In this document: positions 8,894 through 17,712 of the stretch, one piece after another
Layout of the letters: every line of letters begins with the position of its first letter
Numbering within the stretch: position 1 is the first letter of the stretch
Assembly (NCBI GenBank): GCA_964496765.1
Contig: CAZCAP010000003.1
Span: 1-32,000, forward strand
Source: an uncultured archaeon
Lineage (GTDB): Archaea > Iainarchaeota > Iainarchaeia > Iainarchaeales > CSSED10-239
Length of the DNA: 32,000 nucleotides
Direction of reading: 5' to 3'
Position numbers and translations under genes: made by a program
Notes under the pieces: generated by a model
What the model was told of the DNA's origin: nothing
Seen by the model: the letters and a program-made list of their open reading frames with translations, nothing else
The model's database searches: none

Positions 8894-8916
8894 TAAATAA
8901 ATAAGATTGATTAGGA

Positions 8917-9822
8917 ATGAAATTAAAAACCAAGAATAAAACTAGTGTTAGAAAATCAAAACAGAAAAAACTAGAGAAACTAAAAAGTAATTCCTATTTG
9001 ATTTATCTTATTCTTATTTTTCTTTGTGTTCAAATAATTGGATTGGTTGTTGCTTCCTACTATTCAACTGCAGGAGTAATCAAAGGGGTATTAACGGATG
9101 ATCCAAACGATATTATTAATGCTCTTTTTATAATTGGAGAAATACTTGTTTTTACTGGTATTATTCTTTTGTTAAAAAGATTTTTTAAAAGTAGTAATTA
9201 TCTTTATGTTTTTGAATTTCTTGCATTGTTTGTGGGAATGGTTGTTGTTTTTGATGTTTTTTTATCCTACTTTCTTGCAATAATTATTTCATTTATTCTT
9301 TTATTTATAAAAAGATATTTGAAGGATAAACTAAAACTTAAGAAACTACTAATGTGGTATAATAATATTTTACTTGGGCTTGCAATTGCTGGAGCAGGAG
9401 CAATTATTGGTTTGTCTCTTGGGTTAATCCCAATCATTGTTTTTCTGGTTCTTCTTTCAATCTATGATATCATAGCTGTTTTTTATACTAAACACATGGT
9501 AACTCTTGCAAAAATGTTTATTAAAAAAAAGATTGCATTGACTTTCTCAATACCATCCAAGAAAAAGGTTTTTCAGCTAGGAGGAGGAGACATTGTTATC
9601 CCTCTAACGCTTTCAGCAAGTTATTTTTTCATATTAATCAAAAGTTTTTCTTTCTACATTTCAATTATCCCAATCATTTTTATTTGGGTTGCTTCTCTTC
9701 TTGGACTTATTTGGACTTTCTGGATTTTAAAAACAGGAAAAGCAAAGGTTATGCCTGCTCTTCCAGCTCAAACCCTTCTTATGCTGATTGTTGTGATAAT
9801 TAGTTATATTCTTCTTTTTTGA
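8917..9822 (+). CDS. Presenilin/signal-peptide-peptidase homologue (A22 intramembrane aspartyl protease)
   Basis: Polytopic membrane protein with the three family motifs in order: YD (LSIYDIIAVF), GxGD (LGGGDIVIPL) and PAL (MPALPAQTL). Confidence 0.85.
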   Translation: MKLKTKNKTSVRKSKQKKLEKLKSNSYLIYLILIFLCVQIIGLVVASYYSTAGVIKGVLTDDPNDIINALFIIGEILVFTGIILLLKRFFKSSNYLYVFEFLALFVGMVVVFDVFLSYFLAIIISFILLFIKRYLKDKLKLKKLLMWYNNILLGLAIAGAGAIIGLSLGLIPIIVFLVLLSIYDIIAVFYTKHMVTLAKMFIKKKIALTFSIPSKKKVFQLGGGDIVIPLTLSASYFFILIKSFSFYISIIPIIFIWVASLLGLIWTFWILKTGKAKVMPALPAQTLLMLIVVIISYILLF

Positions 9823-9888
9823 TTAATTTCCTTTCATTTTTAAATAGTTCCTACAATATATTATATAAGAACAAGCAAATGTGATAGA

Positions 9889-10341
9889 ATGAGTGAAGTA
9901 AAAACTAAACCAAAAACAGAACCAAAGGAATTAGATTTAAATTATAAGGAACTTCTTTCAAGAATTTATATGGCTCTTCCAGAAAGAACCACAGGAGATT
10001 CTCGTTTTGAGCTCCCTCAAATTGAATCAATTATACAGGGTAAACAAACTATTTGGAAAAACTTTAGTAAGTGCGCAAAGGATCTTAAAAGAGATCAGAA
10101 TCAATTGTATAAGTTCGTTATGAAAGAAATATCCACCTCTTCAGCAATTACAAATCAAACTCTTGTTTTAAATGGAATTTTTAATAACTATAAACTTAAT
10201 CAAATATTAACTAAATATATTAATAATTTTGTTTTGTGTTCCGAATGTAAGAAACCAGACACAGAAATTGTTTCACAAGCAGGAATCAAAGTTCTTAAGT
10301 GTTCTGCCTGTGGTGCAATAACACCATTACAAAAATTATGA
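9889..10341 (+). CDS. eif2b: Translation initiation factor aIF2 beta subunit
   Basis: About 150 aa with the C-terminal zinc ribbon CSECKKPDTEI...LKCSACGA and the central aIF2-beta/eIF5-type core. Confidence 0.85.
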   Translation: MSEVKTKPKTEPKELDLNYKELLSRIYMALPERTTGDSRFELPQIESIIQGKQTIWKNFSKCAKDLKRDQNQLYKFVMKEISTSSAITNQTLVLNGIFNNYKLNQILTKYINNFVLCSECKKPDTEIVSQAGIKVLKCSACGAITPLQKL

Positions 10342-10362
10342 ATTTAAATTAGGATTAGAAAA

Positions 10363-10653
10363 ATGATTGGCAAAAAACACAATATAGGTGGCAAAAGTAT
10401 ATTTGCGGCCTGCGATAGAGAATTACTAAACAAAAAGATAGAATATGAAGATGTAATTATTGATATTAATGAATCTTTCTTTGGAAATACAGAAGTTACT
10501 AAAGAAGAAATCGTTAAAGCAATTAGAGATTGTGATAGTGCTAATGTTTTTGGTACCAAAGTTTGTAACATTCTAATCACAAACAAATTAATATTAAAGG
10601 AAAATTTAATTTATATTGGTGATGTGCCTCACACACAAATATATAAATTATAA
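10363..10653 (+). CDS. DUF424-family protein (conserved archaeal, function unknown)
   Basis: 96 aa. AACDRELLNKK near the N-terminus and GDVPHTQIYKL at the C-terminus match the DUF424 pattern I recall (CD.ELLG ... GVPHAQI). Confidence 0.65.
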   Translation: MIGKKHNIGGKSIFAACDRELLNKKIEYEDVIIDINESFFGNTEVTKEEIVKAIRDCDSANVFGTKVCNILITNKLILKENLIYIGDVPHTQIYKL

Positions 10654-10672
10654 AAATTAAAGGTGAATAAAT

Positions 10673-11113
10673 TTGGAAAAGAAAAGTACAGGAACTGGTT
10701 TTGTTGTTAGAAGACAAAGAGTCCCAAACACTCAAAATCTAGAGATGTTTGGTAAGGTTATGCAACTTATGGGTGTTAATAATATTCAAATCATTTGTGA
10801 GGATGGAAAGGAAAGAATTTGTAGAATACCTGGTAAGATGTTTAAACATATTTGGCTAAAGCCAGGCGATATTGTGATTATTAAACTATGGGACTTTCAA
10901 CCAACCAAAGGGGATGTTGTTTGGAGATACATTGGATTTCAAACCACTCAGCTAGAGAAGAGAGGTTTACTAAATGAACTATATAAACATACCCATGATA
11001 CAATCCACCAGGATAATTATAGAAGTAATTATGGTGCACAAAAGGAATCACTTTCTGAAGAAGAGATTGAACTTGTGACTGATGATGAATCAGCTGATGA
11101 GTCTACCGAATAA
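10673..11113 (+). CDS. eif1a: Translation initiation factor aIF1A with an extended acidic C-terminal tail
   Basis: S1/OB core GKVMQLMGVNNIQIICEDGKERICRIPGKMFKHIWLKPGDIVIIKLWDF...GDVVWRY. TTG start at 10673, 6 nt after AGGTGA (10661-10666). The conserved N-terminal VRRQRVP lies upstream of the first in-frame ATG. Confidence 0.85.
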   Translation: MEKKSTGTGFVVRRQRVPNTQNLEMFGKVMQLMGVNNIQIICEDGKERICRIPGKMFKHIWLKPGDIVIIKLWDFQPTKGDVVWRYIGFQTTQLEKRGLLNELYKHTHDTIHQDNYRSNYGAQKESLSEEEIELVTDDESADESTE

Positions 11114-11134
11114 CTATAAATTAAATGTTTGATT

Positions 11135-11881
11135 ATGTTAAAAAAATTTGAAATTGATAGTAAGATCCAGGGCTATGTTTTTGATGAAAACACAAAGGCA
11201 GCCCTCTTCAAGCTTGCAAGTAATAATATAATTGATTCCATTGATTCTCCCATTGCTTCAGGAAAGGAAGCAATCACTTTTCTAGGCCATCTTGAAAAAA
11301 ATCCAATTGTTGCAAAGATATACAAGATTGAAACAAGTAATTTCAAGAACATGAGTAAATACATTAAAGGAGATTATAGATTTCGGGCAGTTTCAAAAGA
11401 CAAACGTGATTTGTTTTTACTTTGGGCAAACAAAGAATACAAAAACCTAACCCTTGCAATCAGGAATGAGGTGGCGGTTCCAATCGTAATCGCCAAGGAA
11501 AAAAACATTTTGATCATGTCTTTTATTGGAGATGGGGAAATACCCTATCCACAACTAACTAAAGTTAAATTTGACTATGATGTGGTTTATCCACAAATTA
11601 TTGAAAACTATGCACGTCTGCTCTATGGTGCGAAAATTGTTCACGCAGATTTTTCTGCATATAACATTTTAATTAATCCAAGAACCCAGAAGATAACACT
11701 AATTGATATGGGCCAAGCAGTTGTTTATTCTCATCCAAAATCAAAAGAGTTTTTAAAAAGAGATATAATTAATATTACTGATTTCTTAAATAAAAAGTTT
11801 AAAAAACTTAATCTAACCTATGAAACTGTGCTTGATGATTTGAAAAAGAAAAAAGAAGAAATTTATGGAAGAAGTAATTAG
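11135..11881 (+). CDS. rio1: RIO-type serine/threonine protein kinase (Rio1-like)
   Basis: IASGKEAITF (ATP-binding loop), IVHADFSAYNILI (catalytic loop) and LIDMGQAV (metal-binding). The ORF opens at TTG 11129; ATG 11135 is chosen here. Confidence 0.85.
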   Translation: MLKKFEIDSKIQGYVFDENTKAALFKLASNNIIDSIDSPIASGKEAITFLGHLEKNPIVAKIYKIETSNFKNMSKYIKGDYRFRAVSKDKRDLFLLWANKEYKNLTLAIRNEVAVPIVIAKEKNILIMSFIGDGEIPYPQLTKVKFDYDVVYPQIIENYARLLYGAKIVHADFSAYNILINPRTQKITLIDMGQAVVYSHPKSKEFLKRDIINITDFLNKKFKKLNLTYETVLDDLKKKKEEIYGRSN

Positions 11882-12446
11882 AGTTGGAAAGCAAAGGATC
11901 CCTGTGATTATTGGAATCAATGGTGAAACCAAGAGAGAAATTGAACAAAAAACAAAAATTAGTCTTGAAATTAATAGCTCTACTGGTGATGTGAATATTA
12001 TTTCTGATCTTTCCTACTATGAAATTCACCAGGCAAAGAACATAATCTCTGCAATTGCAAGAGGATTTAGTCCTGAACACGCCTATAAATTACTTGAAGA
12101 CAATTATTCTTTTGATGTTATTAATCTAACTGATTATGTATCAGATTCAAGAGGAAGACATGAACAGGTAAAGGGAAGAGTAATAGGAAGAGAAGGTAAA
12201 GTTAAGCAGATGATAGAAAAAAGAAATAATTGTTTCTTGTCAGTTTATGGTAAAACCATTGGAATAATTGCACCCGTTGATAAGATTGAAGAAACAAGAG
12301 AAATTATTGAGAAAATCCTATCGGGAGCTAAACACACAACCATTTTTAAAATGATTAAAAGAAATAGTTTTGAAGAAAAAGAAGAAGGTTCAAAACAAAA
12401 TTCAAGTGAAATTGATAATATTAATTTTGACGAAGAAGAAAATTAA
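11865..12446 (+). CDS. KH-domain RNA-binding protein (Dim2/Pno1-like)
   Basis: AIARGFSPEHAYKLLEDNYSFDVINL, RVIGREGKVKQMIE, LSVYGKTIGIIAP and SGAKHTTIF match the archaeal two-KH Dim2-like family. Overlaps the RIO gene by 17 nt. Confidence 0.8.
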   Translation: MEEVIRVGKQRIPVIIGINGETKREIEQKTKISLEINSSTGDVNIISDLSYYEIHQAKNIISAIARGFSPEHAYKLLEDNYSFDVINLTDYVSDSRGRHEQVKGRVIGREGKVKQMIEKRNNCFLSVYGKTIGIIAPVDKIEETREIIEKILSGAKHTTIFKMIKRNSFEEKEEGSKQNSSEIDNINFDEEEN

Positions 12447-12460
12447 AATAGGTGGAAAAT

Positions 12461-12913
12461 ATGAAGAAAGCAAAAAAAGCTGAAGGAACAGCAATAATAA
12501 TCACGAGAGTTTATTCTGTTTTGAATTGGATTGGAGCAATCGCAAGTTTGTTTCTTGCAATTATTCTAATTGTATTCAGTTCTAATCTCTCAAACATGTT
12601 GCCAGCCATTGGAATGGAATTTGGATCTGCAATATTTATTTTTATTGGGATTATTCTATTTGTTATTGGCCTTTTAGGAATCGCGGTTGCATGGGGTTTG
12701 TGGAAATATAAGAACTGGGCACGAATATTAACTTTAATATTTGTTGGATTTTCTCTTATTTCAACAATTATTGGGTTGATTAAAGGATTTGATAGTGTGC
12801 AAATAATTTGGTTAATTCTTGATGCACTAATAATCTATTTGTTTGGATTCTATAAACCAATTGTTCATTTATTTTATAATCCATTCCTTGCAAAGAAAAC
12901 AAAAAGAAAATAA
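12461..12913 (+). CDS. Small polytopic membrane protein, function unknown
   Basis: Four hydrophobic spans. AGGTGG at 12450-12455 sits 5 nt before ATG 12461; the tracked ORF opens at GTG 12452. Confidence 0.6.
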   Translation: MKKAKKAEGTAIIITRVYSVLNWIGAIASLFLAIILIVFSSNLSNMLPAIGMEFGSAIFIFIGIILFVIGLLGIAVAWGLWKYKNWARILTLIFVGFSLISTIIGLIKGFDSVQIIWLILDALIIYLFGFYKPIVHLFYNPFLAKKTKRK

Positions 12914-12941
12914 GTTTATTTATTTTCTTTCTTTTTTATTT

Positions 12942-15134
12942 TTATTTATCAATAAGTTCTGCTTTTTTTATTGTTATGTATCCAGTGAACTCATTTTTAA
13001 GTACCCTACTATAGTCTTTAATTACTATTTTTTTCTTAAAGGTGGGCCCCGAAAGAACAAGGGTCTCATATTCCCCACCTTCTCCAGCAATATTAAATCC
13101 ATAGTGCTTTGAATTAATATATCCTCTCCCAAGCCCGCTCTTTAGTTTATTATTTAATCTAATTAAATCCTTTACTTCTTTTTCTTCAATTCTTTTATTT
13201 AACCATTTTTCTGATAGTCCATAGCCAGCAATCTTGCACATCACAAATTCAAATTTATTATCCACAAGCTCAAACAATTCCTGGTCCTGTTTTTTGTGCC
13301 AAAGAGGAGAAAACATACGAAGATTTAATTGATTACAAATTTTTTGAATTCTCTCTCTTTGATAATTACTATATAGCGCTCCAGAAATAACTCCCTGAAT
13401 TCCGTATTTTTTCTTAGCATCCTCAAGTGCAATTTTAAGATCCTTTAGCTCAAGCTCTTTTTCTCCTTTTGTTTTTCTAGTAATTAGTGGAATCTCCAGA
13501 GCCTCTGCCTGCAATTTTAAAAAATTAAGATTTGGTTGTTGGAACATGTATGAATCTGGGTTAGTTGGAATTATTGAAACCAGACAGGATATCTCATAGT
13601 TTTGTCTTTGCATAATATAAAGAGCGAGATTAGAATCTTTTCCTCCTGAATAGAGGCAAGCAAGTTTCATGTTCTTTTCTTTAGCAAAGGTTGCTAGATA
13701 GTCTGCCTTTCCTTTATATCTTGCTTCCTTTGCAAGCTTTTCAATGCCCTTATCAAAATTACTACCATACTGAGCAGCGGTTTTTTTTCGTTCATAAATT
13801 TCTTTTGATTGCCCAAGATTTTTGGCTACATCTCTCAAAACTAATTTATTGTCTTCTGTTTTTAAATTTATCTTGTAATCATCAATCAATCCTAAAGCAA
13901 ATCTAATCAAGCTAACATCTAAATATGGAAGTCTTAATTCAATTTCATTATCCATTGTGAGCACATCATCTCTATAAATATCATTTTCGTGCATTTGTTG
14001 TAAAAGATTTAAACTATCGAGCTGCACGTTATTTGATTCATTAAACCTAGAATACCCTGCAAATATTTCATCAGCTCCAAGACCAGAAAATAAAACTTTT
14101 ATGCCATCCTCCTTTGCCCTGGTTGATGCAAGATAAATGGGAAGTGAAACCCCAACTTTGATTGGATTGCTAGATTCAATTAGTGGTATTATTTTTTCAA
14201 GTAGTTTTGGAATTTCGTTGTAATTAATGAAAATAATTTTTAAATCTAAGTCCATCTCTTTTGCAATTTTCTTTGCAAACTCTAAATCCTTTGGCTCTCC
14301 AAAACCATCACAATATGCAAAATAGCAGCTGAAGTTTATTTTTTCTTTTTTTAATATATTTGCTAATATTACTGAATCAATTCCACCACTAAACAGTAGT
14401 CCTAACTTTTTTTCTGGAATTCTTTTTTTAATGGAATCAATCAATAGCTTTTCTAATTTTGTGCTTGCTTCTTCAAAAGTTATTTTTTTACTTGTTTTGG
14501 AAGGAGTAATGAATTTTCTATCAACAAACGCAAGTTTTTTTGTTTTAATATCATACCTAATTATTTTACTTGGAGATAATAATTCTATATTTTCAAAACC
14601 TAATTTTTTAAGTGATTTCTTTTCAGATGAAAAACCAAAACTTCCATCATTTTCATTATAAAAGAACCAAATTGGTTTTTCTCCAATAATGTCTCTTGAA
14701 AGAACAACATTATCATTTGAAACATAGCAAAAGGCCCAAACCCCATCCAATTCATCAAGTATCTTTATATTCTCTTTAATTGTATTGTTTTCTAGTAAAG
14801 CAAATAGTGTTTCTGCATCATTTTTTGTTGAATAATTATATTTCTTGTTTATTTTCTTCCAGTTATATATTTCACAATTTGCAACTAAGTAATTTTGCTT
14901 GTTTGCGAGAGGTTGATGGGTTAATGAAACAATTGAATGAAGAACATGCCCCATTGCACACCTGGTTTCTTTTATTTCACCTAGGTCTATGTTTTTTGGG
15001 TTTTCAAAATATAGTACTTTTTCTAAATTACATATCCCACAGAAATCCATTCCCCTATTCCTAATAGTAATAAGTGATTTTTTTGTTAAATCATTTGCAT
15101 TATCAATATTAAAAAATCCAGTTATACCGCACAT
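12942..15134 (-). CDS. Fusion protein: class-II glutamine amidotransferase + asparagine-synthase-type PP-loop domain + Dph6/MJ0570-type diphthamide-synthetase-like PP-loop domain
   Basis: N-terminal MCGI (Ntn Cys), NRGMD and NCEIYN (GATase II). LLFSGGIDSV at aa ~247-256 is the AsnB PP-loop. From aa 489 (ATG at 13668-13670): MKLACLYSGGKDSNLAL ... GEGGEYETLVL, the signature of the Diphthami_syn_2 family. The single frame is uninterrupted. Confidence 0.8.
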   Translation of the reverse strand: MCGITGFFNIDNANDLTKKSLITIRNRGMDFCGICNLEKVLYFENPKNIDLGEIKETRCAMGHVLHSIVSLTHQPLANKQNYLVANCEIYNWKKINKKYNYSTKNDAETLFALLENNTIKENIKILDELDGVWAFCYVSNDNVVLSRDIIGEKPIWFFYNENDGSFGFSSEKKSLKKLGFENIELLSPSKIIRYDIKTKKLAFVDRKFITPSKTSKKITFEEASTKLEKLLIDSIKKRIPEKKLGLLFSGGIDSVILANILKKEKINFSCYFAYCDGFGEPKDLEFAKKIAKEMDLDLKIIFINYNEIPKLLEKIIPLIESSNPIKVGVSLPIYLASTRAKEDGIKVLFSGLGADEIFAGYSRFNESNNVQLDSLNLLQQMHENDIYRDDVLTMDNEIELRLPYLDVSLIRFALGLIDDYKINLKTEDNKLVLRDVAKNLGQSKEIYERKKTAAQYGSNFDKGIEKLAKEARYKGKADYLATFAKEKNMKLACLYSGGKDSNLALYIMQRQNYEISCLVSIIPTNPDSYMFQQPNLNFLKLQAEALEIPLITRKTKGEKELELKDLKIALEDAKKKYGIQGVISGALYSNYQRERIQKICNQLNLRMFSPLWHKKQDQELFELVDNKFEFVMCKIAGYGLSEKWLNKRIEEKEVKDLIRLNNKLKSGLGRGYINSKHYGFNIAGEGGEYETLVLSGPTFKKKIVIKDYSRVLKNEFTGYITIKKAELIDK

Positions 15135-15310
15135 AGATATAATTTAGTTTAAATGTTTTTTAAATAGTATGTAATTATTTAATTTATTGATTAACTAACC
15201 ATAACCTAGTATTTTTAAACATTATCTTTCTTCATATTATGTGATTATCATAAAACATACATTTTTTGTAAAATTTATATATTTTATTTATGATTAGGAG
15301 GTTTTTATAA

Positions 15311-17500
15311 ATGAACTTTAAAATTACTACGTATTTATTTGTTATTCTTGGATTGATTATGTTATTTTCTTCAATTTATGCTGAAGGAGAATGTAATCCC
15401 CAAACAGGACCTGCTGACGCAACCTGGTTAGAAGATAATGCAACCTGTATTTGTGTTCAAACAGTATCAATGAACGGAAATGGTGTTCAAAGCACATCCT
15501 ACATTGCAAGTTGTTCAGATCCTATACCAATTTCCACATCTGGTGGGAATTCGACTCAATCATCTGATGCTAATTCGACTCAATCATCTGATGCAAACTC
15601 AACTCAATCACCAACCACAGCAACTACTTCATCAAATGAGGACACTACTCAGTCTTCTGAGGAAATAGATGTTCAAGTAAATTCTGCATCTACAAACTCA
15701 TCAACAGGTGTTGGTCAATCCACAACTGAATGTCAAATCCAAATAAAAGAGTATAATAAAAAAATTAAAGATCTTTATTCATCACATTCATCTTTCATAA
15801 AAGAAAAACAAACAAACATAAAGAATGCTAGAGATGAAATAAATAGATTATTAAAAGAATATAATAATTGTAAACCAAATAAACAACAGGGTAGATTAGA
15901 TGAAATTAATAAAAAACCCACAATAACAGGAAATTTTATTTTAGGTAATTCAGTTTCCATAGAAAATGTGATTGGTTCAGATCAGGTAATGGCAATAACC
16001 ATTGCTGAAGCACCAACAGTTTCTGGAACCATCAATAATGATGACGAGCAATTTATCGCATCTGAGGATCTTGTGGCTGCAATTGATAATGAAAATAATT
16101 CATTTCTAACTTCTGTAGATGTTAGACTTAATACAACAGAGGGTGATGAAAATCTATCTACTGATTGTGTAGCAATTAAAGAAAAAATAAAAAAACAAAT
16201 GGAAATTATTAAAAAAAATCTATTAGAACTTCACGATTTTAAAGATCAAAATAAAGAACTAGTGGATAAGGTAAAAGAACTAATCAGAAACAGAAATCAA
16301 CTAATCAAAAATTGTATGGGTGTTCAAACAACCATAGAATGTAAAGTTCCTGAAGAATTATTAAATAAATTAAGAGAACTAGAAATAAAGATGTCTACTG
16401 TTAAAGGAGAAATAATTAGTGATACTGACGCTTCTCAAGATAATTATTCAGAATATACTAGTATCAAAGAAGAATACCTTGCAATTACAAATAAAATAAA
16501 AGTAATAAAGGATGATTGCCAAATCAGAGGTAAGGTGGCTAGTGGGCAAGATAGAATTTGTCAAGAAAAAGCAGATATAATCAGAAACATGGATGAAATT
16601 AAAAATGCACTTGAACAAACTACAAATGACGAAGAAGCCTATCAATTAAAAACAAAACTAGAATATTTACAACAAAAGTTCAGTGGGGTTATTTGTGCAG
16701 ACCCTAATTTTGTAGGTTCTAAAGATGAAGTAGCAATTAGTTCAATAAAAATTTCTGCAAATGCGAAAAACAATCTTAGAGAGTGTATAACTAGTCTTGT
16801 TGACAAAGCAGCTGTTGATGAAGAAATTGCAACTAATGCTTGTGCACAAAAGTATTCCCAAGAAGGCCAAGGATATAAGGAAAGAATCATGGCTCTTGAA
16901 CAAAAGATTGGAGAACAACAGGACATTATTACAAATCTAAAAGCTAAGATGTTAGGCATCCAACAAAAAATAAATAATGCAACATCTGAAACTAAAACCC
17001 AGTTTATTGAAGAAAATGCAAGTGATCTGAAAACAGACACCATTGCAAAAATAGATAGAAAAATAGAATCATTAAAGAAATTAATTGAAAACATAGATTC
17101 TTCTGATCTTGATGACACCAAAAAAGAAGAAATGATTGATTCAATTAATAATAACATAGCAAGTTTAAATAGGCAAAAAGAAAATATACAAAATTCAGAA
17201 ACAACAGATGAATTAAAAACTTATCTAACAGAAGCAAGAAATGCTGATGGGCTTGCAAACAGGGGTGCAATCATTTCTGGAATAAAAACCCAAACTATGG
17301 AGCTTGAAAGAATTATGAATAAATATTTCTTAACTAATCAGGATTATCAAAGTTTGAAACTAGAACTTGATGCATTAAAAGCAAAGATAGCTAGTATTTC
17401 TCAAAATTCATCAGATACTGAAATTAATAGTCTAAAAGAGCAATACAAAGCACTAAGAGATAAGATCATCTCATCTTCACAGGAGGTTGAAACACAATGA
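15311..17500 (+). CDS. Secreted, Ser/Thr-repeat-bearing, Cys-punctuated coiled-coil surface protein (function unknown)
   Basis: AGGAGG at 15296-15301. Signal-peptide-like N-terminus MNFKITTYLFVILGLIMLFSSIYA/EGE, a Cys-rich head, the NSTQSSDA tandem repeat, then about 550 aa of heptad-like Lys/Glu/Ile/Asn sequence with Cys at segment ends (KEYNNC, LIKNC, IKDDC). Confidence 0.7.
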   Translation: MNFKITTYLFVILGLIMLFSSIYAEGECNPQTGPADATWLEDNATCICVQTVSMNGNGVQSTSYIASCSDPIPISTSGGNSTQSSDANSTQSSDANSTQSPTTATTSSNEDTTQSSEEIDVQVNSASTNSSTGVGQSTTECQIQIKEYNKKIKDLYSSHSSFIKEKQTNIKNARDEINRLLKEYNNCKPNKQQGRLDEINKKPTITGNFILGNSVSIENVIGSDQVMAITIAEAPTVSGTINNDDEQFIASEDLVAAIDNENNSFLTSVDVRLNTTEGDENLSTDCVAIKEKIKKQMEIIKKNLLELHDFKDQNKELVDKVKELIRNRNQLIKNCMGVQTTIECKVPEELLNKLRELEIKMSTVKGEIISDTDASQDNYSEYTSIKEEYLAITNKIKVIKDDCQIRGKVASGQDRICQEKADIIRNMDEIKNALEQTTNDEEAYQLKTKLEYLQQKFSGVICADPNFVGSKDEVAISSIKISANAKNNLRECITSLVDKAAVDEEIATNACAQKYSQEGQGYKERIMALEQKIGEQQDIITNLKAKMLGIQQKINNATSETKTQFIEENASDLKTDTIAKIDRKIESLKKLIENIDSSDLDDTKKEEMIDSINNNIASLNRQKENIQNSETTDELKTYLTEARNADGLANRGAIISGIKTQTMELERIMNKYFLTNQDYQSLKLELDALKAKIASISQNSSDTEINSLKEQYKALRDKIISSSQEVETQ
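15548..15610 (+). repeat. 24-bp in-frame tandem repeat (about 2.6 copies) encoding NSTQSSDA
   Basis: AATTCGACTCAATCATCTGATGCT at 15548-15571, a near-identical copy at 15572-15595 and a partial diverged copy at 15596-15610. Confidence 0.9.
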
Positions 17501-17709
17501 ATAGAAAACTAATACTTGGAACTATTATTGTACTTGTAATCCTAATTGTTATAATTATAGCACTTTTGATTGCGGGTCCAAAAACGGATGTTCCTACTGA
17601 TAATCCCACTCAAACAGATGAACTAGCAACTGATTTACAAAATTTAGCTTCTGGGGATACAATCCTTGATCAAAATTTAGCTTCAGATATTGTTGACATT
17701 GGAGAGTAG
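17497..17709 (+). CDS. Small single-pass membrane protein with acidic tail, translationally coupled to the coiled-coil gene
   Basis: ATGA start/stop overlap with the upstream gene at 17497-17500. N-terminal TM LILGTIIVLVILIVIIIALLIAG. The tail carries an internal repeat (QNLAS.D twice; 14-nt CAAAATTTAGCTTC at 17638 and 17671). Confidence 0.6.
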   Translation: MNRKLILGTIIVLVILIVIIIALLIAGPKTDVPTDNPTQTDELATDLQNLASGDTILDQNLASDIVDIGE

Positions 17710-17712
17710 TAT

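Noticed and set aside
12843-13112. 89-aa plus-strand ORF bridging the membrane-protein gene and the AsnB-Dph6 fusion
   Set aside because: It is out of frame with, and overlaps, two better-supported genes, and its product is low-complexity Phe/Ile-rich.
15548-15610. Possible CRISPR-like or satellite repeat
   Set aside because: There are only about 2.6 contiguous 24-bp units with no spacers, in frame within a coding sequence (NSTQSSDA). It is a protein tandem repeat, not a CRISPR array.
16642-17157. 171-aa ORF antisense to the coiled-coil gene; also the short ORFs at 15480..15668, 15775..15960 and 16448..16645
   Set aside because: They lie entirely inside a well-supported gene whose repetitive Lys/Glu/Asn codon usage suppresses stop codons on the opposite strand. 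The products are hydrophobic low-complexity sequence with no RBS.
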